From NCBI RefSeq assembly GCF_009914755.1, contig NC_060928.1: a DNA stretch of 64,000 bases. One strand, written 5' to 3'. The position numbers were made by a program, and so were the translations under genes. The first letter of the stretch is position 1. Each line of letters opens with the position of its first letter. A model generated the notes under the pieces. That model did not search any database, was not told the DNA's origin, and was given only the letters and a program-made list of their open reading frames with translations. Positions 41,248-56,084 of the stretch are shown here, one piece after another. This stretch comes from the human T2T-CHM13v2.0 reference genome, Homo sapiens.

Positions 41248-41656
41248 TCAAAAAAGTGACACTGAGTTTCTACTTTGAAATATGTTACATTTAACCCCAT
41301 GAATTGTATAATTGTATCCTGTAAATGTTGATTGTGTAAGTCAACATTTATAGGATGTCAGGGACTGCTCAAATACAGGTTTAGCTCTGGCTGCCAATGG
41401 CAAAAGGCACCAAAGTGGTTTCTAACAGAAGTTATATCATCCTGGCACTCAACCACATGGATTTCAGTTTTTCTATTCATTCATTCATTTAGCTGAGGGA
41501 GATAGCTATGAGACATCAACAGATTCAAGACATATTTAGTGATTGTCTAAATATGAATAGCTATTTGAGATCCTAAAACACAGCAGTAAAATAAATGAAA
41601 ATGTATATTTAGTGTATTTATGGCTATTTGTCTCTTTTGAAATAAGCAAACTAGAG

Positions 41657-42068
41657 CAGTTTCTTTCAGTGCCCCATCCATAACTCCTTGTCCTTACTTC
41701 TGTGCATGCTAAGTTGACTTTCAATTGCCAGCATCTGCATTCCATTGCCTAAGGGCTCCCTCTGGCTACAGGCCTTCACTCAACCCATCTATGCACCAAG
41801 CAGTGGGCCTCAACCACTGACTCAGGGGAGTTGGTTGATAAAGACCCAGCACTCAAGGCAAGTTGTTTACACTGTTTTTTCTCAGTTCCCTAGAGGGATT
41901 AAGCTTCAGTTGTCCAGGTAGTAATTTGCTTGATATTGCACTCTTTTTTGACTCCTTTCCCTTCTGTCTCCTTTCTTCATTCCATTAACAGTATTGCCTA
42001 GGATTAACTCCCAAGCAAATTAGTTGTACTTGAATTATTGTCTCAGGATCTGATTCTAAACTAAAACA
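41657..42068 (+). mobile_element. LTR16-like (ERVL) solo LTR
   Basis: 3' end ...ctcccaagcaaattagttgtacttgaattattgtctcaggatctgattctaaactaaaaca resembles LTR16 termini. Confidence 0.6.
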
Positions 42069-42559
42069 AAAAGAATATCACCTTTTACTTTTGTGATTAA
42101 GTAAATGTATTTCTCCTTGAGAAATCCTTGAATTAATCACTTTATATGTTTCTCACAAGATAATATTGATGTACCTATTAATATTATGACTTTGAAACTG
42201 TATAATTGATAACAGTGCCCTTAACCTGTATATTATGCCCTATGAGCAAACTTTCAGCAACATGCAAGGATAATTAGTATTCAAGGATGATATATTTAGG
42301 GTAAATATAAAACTTAAATCATGAAAATTAATGAAATTTTCTGATCATTGAAAGATGCTTAAAAAGTGTATAGGTAACTGCCAAATATCACCCAATTAGC
42401 CATCAACACACGGAAAGGATGAAGAATTTTCTAAGTAACATGAAGACAAATTAGAACTTGCAAATTCTGTCTCTATTGAGTTACTTTCCCCTCAATGTAA
42501 ATGGATGCTCTGGTTGGTAATTCTTTAAATTATTCATTTACCAATTTCTGTTCTACTGT

Positions 42560-42965
42560 TCAGCTCCTATGTTGGACAGACCACCATCTGTCCTAACTGG
42601 ACTCCTTTATTCTGTTTTTGCCACATGTTAGCCTATTCTCAACAAAATTACCAGAGTGATGTCTGCGACACAAGTTGCTTCATAGTCCTCTGTTCCCAAT
42701 CCTCCAATGGCTTCCCAATTCTCTCAAGGTAAAATGCAATCGTCTATAAAGCTTGACATAACCTGTGCTCCCCACTACCTTTCCAATTTCATTTTGCTCT
42801 GCTCCAGTCACAAACTTCATTCCAGTAATACTAGTCTCCTGGCTTTCTCCAAGACTAGCCGCCTCCAAATTAAGGCCTTTGTGCTTGCTGCTCCCTCTGC
42901 TTAGAACCTTCTTCCCCCATAGTCCACCTGGCTTATCCCTTACTATCTATAAGACTTTTACTGAA
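42560..42965 (+). mobile_element. L2 fragment
   Basis: cctccaatggcttccca...ggcctttgtgcttgctgctccctctgcttagaac. Confidence 0.75.
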
Positions 42966-43449
42966 AAAGCTTCTCAGCTAGAAAGCACCAGAGTCCAGGC
43001 TGGAAAACAGAAATCACATTAATTATTTTTTTCAAACTGAGGGGATATTTTAGGATGCAAAAATATTGAAATCTGCATTACAAATTGAGAAGGAGAAATC
43101 ATGAAAAGAAAGTAAAGCTACGAAAAATAAGCAACATTCCATAACGTTAAAAAATCAATTAAGTGATAGTTTGGGGTATGAAGAGAAGACTAATTGAGTA
43201 AAATAGTAGGAGCATTTTGGAAAGGATATGTGATTTGGAAGTCAGCAGCTAAAAATTAAAGTGGATGGAAAAGAAAATGTGGTCAGTGTAATAACTGTAA
43301 GGTTTTAGTATATATTTTGATAAGTATTATGAAATCAGTACATTCATATTAGATTATATAATATAAACTACTATTCATAAAAAAATACTAAGATCTTCCT
43401 GAATTTTCTACTAGTGGTATGGAGAGTTTACGGGCAAAAGTCTTAAAAT

Positions 43450-43745
43450 CTGACTCTCACTCTCTCTCTCGGTTCTATAAGTAAAAGGAGTCCAAGTAGC
43501 TTCTTAATGGGAGAAGGATCTTCTCTATCACTGCCTCTCTCTCTCTCTTCTCGTTTTCTCATTCTTTCTTCTTCCTGTCTTCCCATCTCTCCAACACTTT
43601 GCTGCTTTCTGCTCTTTTCTCTAGAAACCAGGCTGTTGGGCTGGGCTGGATGAATTGATCTAGCAACCTCTGACTTATATAAAACAATCTCTCTCTCTTT
43701 TCTCTTTCTCCTCTCTCTCTGACTTCTTCCTCCCTCTACCTCTAG
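43450..43745. repeat. CT-rich low-complexity tracts
   Basis: Several (CT)n and polypyrimidine runs. Confidence 0.8.
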
Positions 43746-44796
43746 CCACAGAAAAGAAACTATTCTAACTCAAAGAGTTCTGGTTATCTGCAAATAGCTT
43801 TTAGCACATAATTTTATCATAACTTAATGAAAACTATCATTTTAACAAATATTTTTGAGCCCTTCTTATAAACCAGGCATTTGCTAGATAGTGAGTATTT
43901 ACTGATAAATATAACAGACATAATCCCTTTCTTCATGGACCTTACAGTCTTAAATGTAAAATAAATACTGTATGACTAGCTGAGACTACCAACATTTTCA
44001 CATTTTTACCCATAAAGCAGTAAGACAATGATTCCAATTAAATATAACTTACTTGTGTCATTTTTTTAGTCAAGAAACTGGCTCTAATAATCTATCCTAA
44101 TCCTAAGCAATACTGAATTCATTAAATATAAATATAAATTGAGATCTCTGAAAATTAAGATATAAATGAGATAATTTGTTCTATGAATAGAATTCTAACA
44201 CTAATAAGCAATGTGTTGTTTAGTAGGCTCGGTGTCCATTAACTATTATTCTGGTATATACAATTTTTCTTTGTGCAGCTACCCCTCCTCCAATGAACAC
44301 AGTTTCTGTGCAACTCTCAAGCAGGATTCCCTACCTTCCCACTGCAAAGTGTTGGATTTATGATTCAAGCTATATGTATCAGTTGCTGTCTCCCTGGAAT
44401 ATGAATTTAAAGCATAGCAACAAAGAGTCTTTAAGTGGTAGGGGCTTATCTATCCCCCAGAGGCAAATTGAGATTATCCCTTATTTCCTGCTCCCTAGAT
44501 CTCTGAAGCAGTTGTGTTTCATATTCAGTCTGAAATCTAATTGTTTCACTATCTTTGCAATATTCTCCTGTTAAATTTCCTTTTTGCTTTGGATAGCTAA
44601 AATGAGTTTTCTGTTACTTGCAGAGGATCCAAATAAATTAATTCAAATGTACAACATGCTAACTTAAAATGCAAATTGCTTACAGCAATATAACATATAA
44701 TCTACCTTTGCTTTCTACAGGTAATTATATTTAAAATTCCAATGGCTAAATTAACTCCAAACTTAAATTCAAACCAGAAGTGTCTGCATCACTTAC

Positions 44797-44941
44797 ATTT
44801 TTTTCGGTCCATCCACTCCTCTAGCTCTGCTAAGTTGAGAATTTGTCTTGTCCTCCAAAGACCACGTCGATATCTAACACGGTGGATTAGTCTGCCATAC
44901 ATGTTAATAACTGCTTTCATATCTGGTCCATGATCCAAAGC
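44797..44941 (-). CDS. IQCM: Internal coding exon (145 nt)
   Basis: Acceptor cttttctgtctttgtag|GCT and donor T|gtaagt. Encodes ALDHGPDMKAVINMYGRLIHRVRYRRGLWRTRQILNLAELEEWMDRKK plus 1 nt. Phase 0 to 1, compatible with both neighbours. Retains CpGs in an otherwise CpG-poor region. Confidence 0.93.
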
Positions 44942-46000
44942 CTACAAAGACAGAAAAGCTCCTTATATATTTCTGGTATTTATATTTAATTTGATTTCGC
45001 CTCTTTCATTTAGTCTATTTCACCTAGTTTCTAAGATTATGGGTGTATTTATTGTTTATTGCCTAGGTTGGCTAAATATACGCATTGTAGAGTAATATAA
45101 TCTCCCTGAAGTTCAGAGATTTCCATTATGAATTGCTTTGTCATTATATATTCATACTTCCCATAGAATAGAGCTTCCAATATTGGCTTCTTTCACAGAC
45201 ACTTCCTATACTTGTGTGCAGATTTCCATAATATGTAGCCCACTCTGCCAGAAACGATGTAGTCTTATTAAGGTATTATTCTGTAATAGATGATTCTTGT
45301 CTAAGCAGTCCACTCTGGGTGCTCAAATCTTTGTCTCTTATTTCCTTGGGAAATTATACATTCATGTCCTTTACCTATTTTTCCCTGGGCTTTTTAAGGT
45401 TTTTTTGTTGTTGTTGATTTCTAAAAATCTCTTTGAATATTCAAGAAATTAACCCTTTTCAGCGTATGTGCAAATTTTGTTTCATTAGTTTACCTGTGAC
45501 TACATTCTTCTGTGTATGCATTTTCAACATTCCACCAGAACAATTTTTTTATTAAAGTTTTAAATATTTACCTATTTCAAATTTGTTTTCTCTTTTCTAA
45601 AGAGCCATTCCCTTTTAGTTAACAAGTCAATTATTTTTACATTTTACATTTTCTGGCTTATTAATGTCTCTATATATCTTTATTAATTCCTTTCTAAATA
45701 ATATTTAGATTTATTTTCCTGTTCTTGACTTCTTAAAGGCTTAATTTTTTAAATTTTCATTATTTCTTGTTTGTTTAGGAATGTGTTTACATTTACACAT
45801 TTTTCGCTGAGTTGGCTTTCCTTTTCTGTGTTTTGCATACCGTATTATAAATGAAAACAACTGAAGCAGAAAATCTTTAAATAACTTTCCCAAGGCCCCA
45901 TAGCTAGTAAGTTGTATCATTGGTTTTGAAACTAGCATAGAGGCATTCCAGAGCCCACTTAATTGTACTCTACATTCCTTTTAATTTAGTGTTTTCATCC

Positions 46001-46651
<651 letters not shown>

Positions 46652-46899
46652 CATATTACACATTATTTTTCTTGTTTCTGTCATGTTATTTTCTGTTTAT
46701 GTGAAATAATATTTTTTGTTTATTTGAATGAAAAATTAATTAGCATAATTTTACTACCCTCCTCTTCTCCTTTCTCCTTCCATCTAATAGCAGATTCTGG
46801 ATGTTTGCTAATGTCTCTCAACATTTAATAACATTTTTCAATGTGTATTTTTAATCTGCCTTTTGTTCAATAGGCTTTTGTCTTTTAAAAAAAATAATA

Positions 46900-47375
46900 A
46901 ATTGATTGCACTTTTGGCACATTCCCTACATATGAATCTTAGTGGGAGGCAGAACTCACTTCCCACAATTTGAAGCCAAAAGTCAGGTGCTCATGACTCA
47001 TACCTCTTCTGTTGCTAGGATGCACACACGTGAACTTCATCCATTATCTCCACCAATCCCAAACTTTGAATGGAAACAAATAATGCTTTTAAGAGTGAAA
47101 CAGTGGGAAATCTATTTGTGTGATAGAGTAACTGTAGTACCAATATACATTTTTCAAGGGCAGCATTTGTAAAGTCAGGAACACCCAGGATTCAGTGTCT
47201 GCATCAAACTCTTTCTGTATAGGATTTGGCTGGATTACTGGGAGCTACCCAGCCTTTACTATTCCTTTATGTTTATGAACTTAGTTCTCTAGACTTCTGT
47301 ACAATATCCTATTCAACATCTTTCTGCTTAAATCTATAAGTGGATTTCTTTTGCTTATAATTAAGAATCAAGCAG
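46900..47375 (+). mobile_element. LTR33-like (ERVL) LTR
   Basis: 3' end ctttctgcttaaatctataagtggatttcttttgcttataattaagaatc resembles LTR33 termini. Diverged. Confidence 0.45.
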
Positions 47376-49099
47376 TTTTTTGACTGTATCTTTAAAACCT
47401 GAATAGAAAAGTTCCCTCTTGGAATGTGCTACTTGGACAGATGATGTTTCTGAGAAAAGGAAGGGCATTGGGCAACCACCGACTTCAATTTGAGTACCTT
47501 TTCCTCTGAATGTAACAACTCTTTTGGGGAACACAACCTATCTTCTAAGGGAGCCCTTTTCAGATCTCAGGCATTTGGAAGGTTACCTAGGGCTTTTCAT
47601 GGTTAGGAAGTTGAGCCAGAGAAAATGAAAATGGTCCATCCATGTGGTTTTTATTACAGGGAGTGTCCCTCCCAGGCTTTCACATGGAAATATGCTTCAG
47701 CTATTGTGCTAGTACATTTCAGCATGTAAATCTTTCACTATAAGTCTAAATATTTCTCAAGGTAGAATTTATCAGAAAAAAAGTACAAATTTCTACTTAC
47801 AACAGCAATATTGCAATATAAAGTTATTATAAATTACTGATTATAATATTCCAATTTCTGTTATCTTAATGGACAAATGTATTATACTTATCAACATTTA
47901 ATAAAATTTTCCAGTATTTATTTCAGTTTGTTTTTGCTTGATATGGTCATGTCTTTTTTTTTTTTCTTAAGTAATTTATTCATTGTTTGGAGAATTCCGC
48001 CATCACATGACCCTTAGTAGGACTTAATTTCTGTTAGTGTGTTTCTTACCAGTTTGTAAGAGATTTTTATATGTTAGGCTTTTTTAAACTTTGTGTCATA
48101 TTTCAGCAATTATTTTGCCAGTTTGACTTTTAAATTTGAAAAAAGATTCTATAGACCTATAAGAAGATATCTTGACCACATTTGTTGATTGAAGTCTCAC
48201 CTTGTCTAAGCATTTAGGTATGAAAATATCAAAAAAATCTTTATTCAAAAGCCTTATAAAAACAAAAGGGAAAATGTTTTAAAATGGCAAAACCTATACA
48301 CAGTGAAATAAAAATTGAACATTCTAAATAGTTATCTCGATTGCATACACATGAACACACACTTACAAATATACAAGCCACAAATACCATTAAGTGTGAA
48401 TCTTATATTCACTTCCCCATCCACTAAGAAACTAGCGAAGACCTTATCCATGCATAGCTACTGGACATGTGTCTCTCCTAGGTTTGGTTCCTCTTGCCCT
48501 CTTTCAGGCCTCTCCTCTGTGTCACTGTTGCTTGCTGTACTCATTTTGATCTGAGTCAAAGAGATTATTATTACTACTACCTGAAGCATATGCCTCAATC
48601 ACTCTATGTCTAATTGCTCAGTACAGAAACTGTTAAATAAACATTCTTGGTCAACTTTATCATTAAATATAAATAAAAATATATTGTTTTCTCCCAGTGT
48701 ACTCTGAAAAATATTAAATAGCAGCTCCTGATTGCCATAGAAAGGGTGCCTCTCTATAGGCCGTGGTTCTTGGCTTCATGTCTCTGATGTGAGCTCACCT
48801 GGATTAGCTCTATTAGCGTCAGGTGGGAGTATTATCTAGCCTTGGCTTTCGGCAGGAAACTCCAATGTTCATGTTGAGCCTGATCTGAGAAAAGACTTCA
48901 CAATTTGCAATAATTGGACACTTCTGGTACCAGAATGGCCTCGTTTTATAGTGCTCTGGAGCTAGACAGCCTTATGTTTGATTCTCAGAATTCATTCTCA
49001 ACTATGTCACTTGCAAGATGTCCAATTTTGGGTAATTATGTTACATCTCCATGCCTCATTTTTCATAATTACTAAAGAAAATTATACAACCTGGAGAAA

Positions 49100-51370
49100 T
49101 GCTACTACTCCAATTCTTGATCACCAACCTCAATGGGGTTCTCAAAGTGGCCTGGAATTTCATGCACGCTTTTTAAGGCATCTCTCTGCCATTTTCTGTA
49201 TTACCTCAATCTCCTCGAACATTCAAACCCATCTAAATGCTTACTCTCACCAAATGGCCTAATTCCTTACTTCACACAGGAAGAAAAAACAATTAGTTTA
49301 TTGCAACCCCAACTTCCCACCGGCAAGTCTAAACACTTAGCTGCATCTACACACCTTCTTCTCCTGCAACAATGGAGAAATATGTTTCCTCTCACTTAAC
49401 GCTAATCTTGTCAAGTAAATTAGAAATCCACCCCCTCCAATCTCCTTAAAGTCCGTATAATATGGATTATCTTCATCTTTCTTGTATTGACAACCATTCC
49501 CTCTTACTGGCTTCTTCCAATGAGCATTTAAGCATACATAAATATTTTTTATCTTAAACTATCCTTCTCTAAACTTCGTAGTGCCTCAATTTATCTACTG
49601 CAGATGTTTTCACTGCATGAACTTACTGTTACTAAAGCCAGAAAATTCTATCTAGCAGCATTGGAGACTATGGATCTAACACTTTTCCTTGTACTGCCTT
49701 TCAAGTTCCTTGATCTAGCACATTCTGGTTTTCTTCTTACCTCTCTGGTTACTACTTTAGTGTTTGTGGAATACTCATCTTCTGCTTCCCCTTGAACACC
49801 AACCAGTTTCTCTCAATCTTTCTTTTTATGATTCTCTCTTTACTCTATATAGTCTCCCTAGACAATGACATTGACTTTCATGGCTCCAGTTAGAATCAGT
49901 AACAATGATTCTCAAATCTATGGGTGGTGGCAGGTTTCAAGGAGGGCATCCTTGGTCAGGGACCTGAATCAGCATATTTAGAAGAGGTTTCTCAAATTTC
50001 AAATCCCTCCTGGCCCCAAAATGCTGTTATGTATCCTTCACTCTCTTGAAAATAATTTATTAAAAACATGTATTAGGCTCCTAGTATGGGCCAAGAATGT
50101 ACAAGACTTTGCGAATAGATTAAAGATCAGGAAAGATAAAATTTCTGTTTTTAGGGGGTTACATTTTAGTGAAAGGAGCAATAATCTAATAAACAAATAT
50201 ATGTTAGGTGGTAGTAAGTGCCATGAAGAACAATAAAGTGTTTTAAAAGAGACAGGGAGTGATTAGAGAGTTATTTTCTACAGGTTAGTATGGGGCAGCT
50301 TTTCGATAATATGACAATGAGCAGAGACCTGAATGAAGTAAAGGAGCATCACCTGGGGGAAGAGCTTTCTCAGAAATATGATGAGATTCATTGCCAAAAT
50401 GAGGTACTTTTATAGATGAGAGGGTTTTACATTCTTCTTCCATGAAAGAATTTAAGAACTACTGATAAATCCCAAGTCTTTCTATATGGCCCAATTCCCT
50501 TCTGAATTTTGGACCCATATACTCAACTGCTTCCCAGACATCTCAAGGATTTCCCACAAAAGTTTTAAACTCAGTGTTGAAAACTGGACTCAGTGTTAAA
50601 ACACAGTGTTGAAAATTGGACTCTACCTTCGTTCCTTTCTTCTGCTCCCTCTTGCCTGCCCTTTCCCTTAAATTCCACATTTCTCAACCATACACCAGAT
50701 TGCTCAAGACAAGAACCTGGGAATCATTCTTGACTCCACCCTCCTCCTTATCTCCAAATACAACCAAACCCAAAGTCCTATCAACTGTCCATTTCCCCAT
50801 CACCACCATGCACTGGATTACTGAAAAAGCATACTAGTTGTTTTACCTCCATTTTGTCACCCTCTCCTCCCAATCCATTGTCCAAAGTCAGTAATTTTTC
50901 AAAAATACAAATCTATTGGTGTCACTGATCTATTTTAAAGGCATCCGTTCTCAGACACCAAGTATAAACTCCTTATTAAGTTTTCTAAGAACGTTATTAA
51001 TCTGATTCCTACCTTCAGCTTCCTTTACTGCCATTGTCCTCCCAGCTATGCCCCAGCCCCTTAAATGTAAATAGCTCACCTAAGCTCATTGATATTGTCT
51101 TTCCTGTGCCTCTCAGCCTCCCAGTATACCTGACAAAATAAAGCCTCACCCTCCAGATCTCAGTTTACTGGTCTTATCCAATTGCCACATCAAACACACT
51201 TGGGGTTAAATGGCCTTTCTAAATGCTCTGATGATACCTAAGACTTCTTTCAGTTGTCTGCATTGCTCACTAGACTATGTATGCTCTTCACACACCAGGC
51301 AGGAAATTGGACCCAGTATATAGTAACTATTATCAAATCAAAAAATACATATGTTACTGAATAAATGAAC
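49100..51370 (+). mobile_element. Long fragmented L2 with an antisense L2 piece at about 50050-50380
   Basis: Pyrimidine-rich L2 body (aacctgggaatcattcttgactcc; cagacatctcaa) ending tgttactgaataaatgaa. Confidence 0.7.
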
Positions 51371-51431
51371 ATAGGTCTCCAGGTACTTGTGAGTGTTAGC
51401 ACACGTTATGTAATAAAACTGTTCTATACAA

Positions 51432-51755
51432 CAGGAGTCCCCAACCAACTGGTCTGTGGCCTGTTGGGAACCAGGCTTCACAGCAGGAGGTGAATTGTGG
51501 GTGAGAGAGCATTACTGCCTGAGCTCCTTCTCCTGTCAGGTCAGTGGCAGCATTAGATTCTCATAGGAGCTAGAACCCTATTGTGAACTGCACATGCAGG
51601 GGATCCAGGTTGTGTGCTCTTAATGAGAATCTAATGCCTGATGATCTGAAGCAGAACAGTTTCATCCTGAAAATATCCCTGCCCCTGCTCTGGTCCATGG
51701 AAAAATTGACTTCCACAAAACTGGTCCCTGGCACCAAAAAGGTTGGGGATTGCTG
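51432..51755 (+). mobile_element. MER1B-like non-autonomous hAT-Charlie DNA transposon
   Basis: TIR-like ends caggagtccccaacc / ggttggggattgctg; internal gcattagattctcata / gagaatctaatgc palindrome; perfect 8-bp TSD ctatacaa. Confidence 0.93.
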
Positions 51756-53114
51756 CTATACAAGATGACCTGTCCTATAGGCTTCATGAATAGATTCAGA
51801 TTTTGTTATTATTTCTGTTTTGTTCTTTTGAGATAATGATAGGAAATTCCTACTTTATCAAATTTTCAAAGAATTCTATAACCTCCAAAATATTGAAGAC
51901 CATGGAGTTATTCTTATGGTAATATTGAAACTCAGATTCTCCAGGGCTGTTCCAAATTTATTGATTCAACAAATATTTATTAAAAGCCAATTTCAAACAC
52001 TTTTTATTATTGTAGCTATCAACCATTCCAATGTCCTGGAATTTCAACATTTTTAGCCAATAGCAATAGAATATATTTAATTTAGGATTAAAACTTTAAA
52101 ATTATAAATATTTAGAGAAAAATATTGAAATTAAGTAAGAGCCTAGAAGCATTACATCGAGGGACATACCCTGTTTTGTGTCTTTATAATTTTTAATATC
52201 ATTATTACTTATACCAAAACACATGCAAACAAACAGCACAAAAATTTTTAAAGGAAAAGGACATTTTTAATTGTGTAAAAAATATTCATATTAAAATATA
52301 GCAATCTCTGTGGTCTTTCGATGTATGACAGGTAAGATAATTTGATGCTGCTTCACTATTTCCAAAGAATTTCAAACTAAATTTTTCATAGGGAATGGAA
52401 ATTGTACAGTCTCTTGAGTAATCTTAAACTTCTAGCAGACATTCTAGCAGACACTGTCCACAGCAACAAACTCTGAAGTGGCAGTAAAGCAATATGACTA
52501 TGGAAGTCTCCCAGCGGAGGGACTGCCACAGTTCTGACAATTATCCAGTGATTTGCTGTGCACCCTCTAGAGCAGAAAGTTATCAAGAATTCCCCCAACA
52601 GCAACCCTTCACACAGGCACAGTCTAGGAAACTTACTATTAACTGCATTACAGGCTGTCACACCAGGATTTTGACAGTAGGCAAAACAACTTTAACCACA
52701 TCAACAAAGCAATCATCCAACAGATGAAGCACCATGCCAATGATGGAATAAAAAAGAAAATCAATGATCATAACAAATATTATAACCAAGTAAAAGTCAA
52801 CAATCTACTTTATATTGGCTCTGATCCTTTAAAAAGTACTTTTTTATCTCAAATTCTATCTCCGTATAGAAATTCAGCATTTTCCTTATCAATTAAATCA
52901 CTCCTTTTCACGCTCATCTTTGGCCCATTTTTCTCTCTCAATTTTTTAGATTCATTTTTGTGCCAGAGGTTATGAATGATTCTACAATTATTTCTGATAT
53001 TAGGAAATGCTATAATTAAATTATATAGCATGTATCAAATGTGTGTAGACAGAACTTTAAGGATGTGTGTGTGTGATCTCCTTAGACTGCCATGATAAAC
53101 TTCTACAATTATAT

Positions 53115-54190
53115 CAATTCATCCACTCAATAGGTATTTGTGGAGTGCCTACATATAATCAAATACAATCAAATACAATAGGTATTTGTTGAGTGCCTAC
53201 TACATACTAAACACCATTCTAGGCATTTGAATACAGAAACAAACAAGACAGATACCTGTCTTCATGGAGTTTGCAATCTATCTAGCCAAACTGAAAAATA
53301 TATGTATACAAAGAGATAAACAAGAAAAAATAGTAGACCATACATGCATACAGTTAAAGTGATGGAGTATATATTATGTGTCAAGATAGTCTGTGGTGCT
53401 ATGAATAGAAAAATAAAGAGTACGTACTTCCAAATAAGTCATATAAACCATACTGTCCATATCAAACATGTAAACAGATGACAACAATCTAAAGAACTGG
53501 CACAATAATGACCAGAAAAATGGAGAGATCAGCTCTGCTTGATGGACCAGAGAGGGTGTCTAAGTGAATAAACTTTAGGAAGATCTTGAAAGATGAATTG
53601 GAGTTTATCAGAAGATAAGGAAGGCAGAGGAGAGAACAGCATGAAAATATAAGATGACAAGAAACAATCAAGATTTGCAGTTTGCTAAAACACAGAGAAT
53701 GTGTCAGGGGGTATCATGTGATGAAGCTTAACAAAAGGCAAGAGCCAAAACAGGGAGGTCGTGTGTACTATGTTATAGTTCCTACTATATCCTGTAAGCA
53801 ATATAGGTCTTCAAAAAGATTGTAAGAAATGGAATAAGGTAATAATAGTGGAATTTTTCAAATATGGCACATGGCAGATAGATTTGACAGAAGTAGGTCT
53901 GCAGGCATGGAGATCAATTAGGAAACTATTGCAATTCTCCATGTAAGGGTAGATGAATGGAAGTTCTGACAAGAAGCACAAAGAAGAGCAGTTCAACAAA
54001 TGTCATGAAAGTGGAACCAGTTGAATATGGGAGTGAAAAAGTTGAAAGAATCTAAGAGACATCCAGGTTTATGGCTTGAACAATGAGTGGTAGAACAGTT
54101 TATCAATATAGATAGTTACAGAAAAGAAAGAGCTTTGTGGAGTAAGAAAATTAGTTCATCTCATTTTGGAGAAATTTAAGTCTAATTTAA
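53115..54190 (-). mobile_element. L2 fragments
   Basis: attcatccactcaataggtatttg...gagtgcctac; aggaaactattgcaattctcca; atccaggtttatggcttgaacaa. Confidence 0.65.
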
Positions 54191-55081
54191 CCATGGATCT
54201 GTCAATGTCTTAGACAGACATGGGTTTGAATTCTAGCTCTTTCACTTACCAGCTGTTTGACTTTGGGCAAATAATTTGCTTCATTTTTTTCAGCAATGAA
54301 ATAGATATAGCAGCTACCTTACAAAATTACGGGATTAAGTATATGGAGTGTTTACCTTTTGCCAGAGTTTTACATGTATTATCATGTTTAATCAGAACTA
54401 CATATGTGATTCCCATACATATTAATTTATACATGTTAGTACATGTAAAAATTTATACCCAGAGATAGGCAGATGGATTAACTCTAACAGTATCACCACA
54501 TTGTCAGAGAAATGTGTTCAGGATGCCCACTGCAAATCTATTCCAGAGGTTTTTCGCAGAAGATCAAGGAATTGGAGTGGGCACTACTAATCTATTTTAT
54601 TTATAGTTGATTTCCCAAATTCCTTATTAGCAGTAAAACTTTAGCCCTTTAAGGTGAGGACATTTAGGATTCTCTCAAAGGTTTTCCAAGATGGACCCAC
54701 TTAGGTTCATCTGCATTTGCCCAGCCAAAATGGGTGTGCATTATTTATTTTAAAAATCAGGATTGCGATCTATGAAAGTTGACCAGGTAGATATTTGTAT
54801 ATGTGTGTAATTCTTTTGAAATTGGACATTTATGCACTGCAAGAGTACCCAGGAGTGTGGGAAGTGAAGGAAAGTTGCTCTAAACAGAAAATGAACAGAC
54901 AGCAAAGAAGAAACAACTTTAGTGCAAAGTTATTTCAAAATATCCTTGTTTAAGAATAGGTGGTCCCAGAATTGCTAAGTTAAGGATAAGTGAGGCCTTT
55001 TGTTCAGAGTCTCCAACTTTGCACAGCCTAAAAACTGTCATCATAACAGATTATTCATCACATTTTCTTAAAGTATGTACA

Positions 55082-55246
<165 letters not shown>

Positions 55247-55343
55247 AAAGTATGTACATTGACCAGATGACTATTCAAAATTCTACTGAATTGAATCTAA
55301 TGAGAAATTTTAAACACATTATAATATCTGATGGATATCTTAC

Positions 55344-55542
55344 CTTGGTCATTACTCTTTGCAATCTTTTCCGTTCAAGCCATCCCCTGACATGTGCCTG
55401 CATGACGGTGACCATTCTAATCAATTTTGGGGTAATCATGAATTTTTTTCTTTCTCGGAACACTTGGAAGATTTCTATGTGTGGTCCAATTCTTTTAACT
55501 TTACTGTCAAGTTTATCAGTTTTATTTGGAGTACCTTTTATC
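55344..55542 (-). CDS. IQCM: Internal coding exon (199 nt) of IQ motif-containing protein M; contains the IQ motif
   Basis: Minus strand: acceptor ttttgttttatttttag|G and donor AAG|gtaaga. Open frame (x)IKGTPNKTDKLDSKVKRIGPHIEIFQVFRERKKFMITPKLIRMVTVMQAHVRGWLERKRLQRVMTK; MQAHVRGWLERK fits IQxxxRGxxxR. Ends in phase 0, matching the next exon. Gene name recalled from the protein sequence. Confidence 0.93.
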
Positions 55543-56084
55543 CTAAAAATAAAACAAATTTCTTATTATACATAATATGAAAAATTAACCTTCCACAAAC
55601 AGTTTTAAATTATTTCAATGATGAATACATTGAAATAGGAAATATATTATAACTTGTACATAGAATTCAATGTATGATATCACCAGGACATGTCAATAAG
55701 GACCTCCAAAGAAGGTTGAATATGCCAAGACCAATATTACATGGATAAAACTAACCTTCTAATGAAAAGAAATCCAAAAGAAAGTGAATATGTCAGTCTA
55801 TCTACAACTACTCCAAAGAGAATGTTTTCATATGACACGGCAGTTTAGTTCAAATAATTTTCCTGTCCCAGAAGCTATTTTAAACTACAGAGTACTTCAA
55901 AATTATTTAATTATTTGGCACTGATATGCTGTTAACCAAACGTCATCAGAAAAGTAACTTTGATTCAAATGCTTTGAATTGAGAGTCTCTGTACTATGGT
56001 GGTAGGATCATGGCCTATAGGATCAGCAGATGGGAAAGGTGATACTGCAAACGATGACCAGTCTGCAATACGGCTATGGGTGAC

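Noticed and set aside
52386-52975. Overlapping 77-91 aa ORFs in non-obvious sequence (with ttctagcagaca twice)
   Set aside because: No recognisable domain, no convincing splice-site pair in frame with IQCM, and lengths expected by chance. Could be an unrecognised old repeat.
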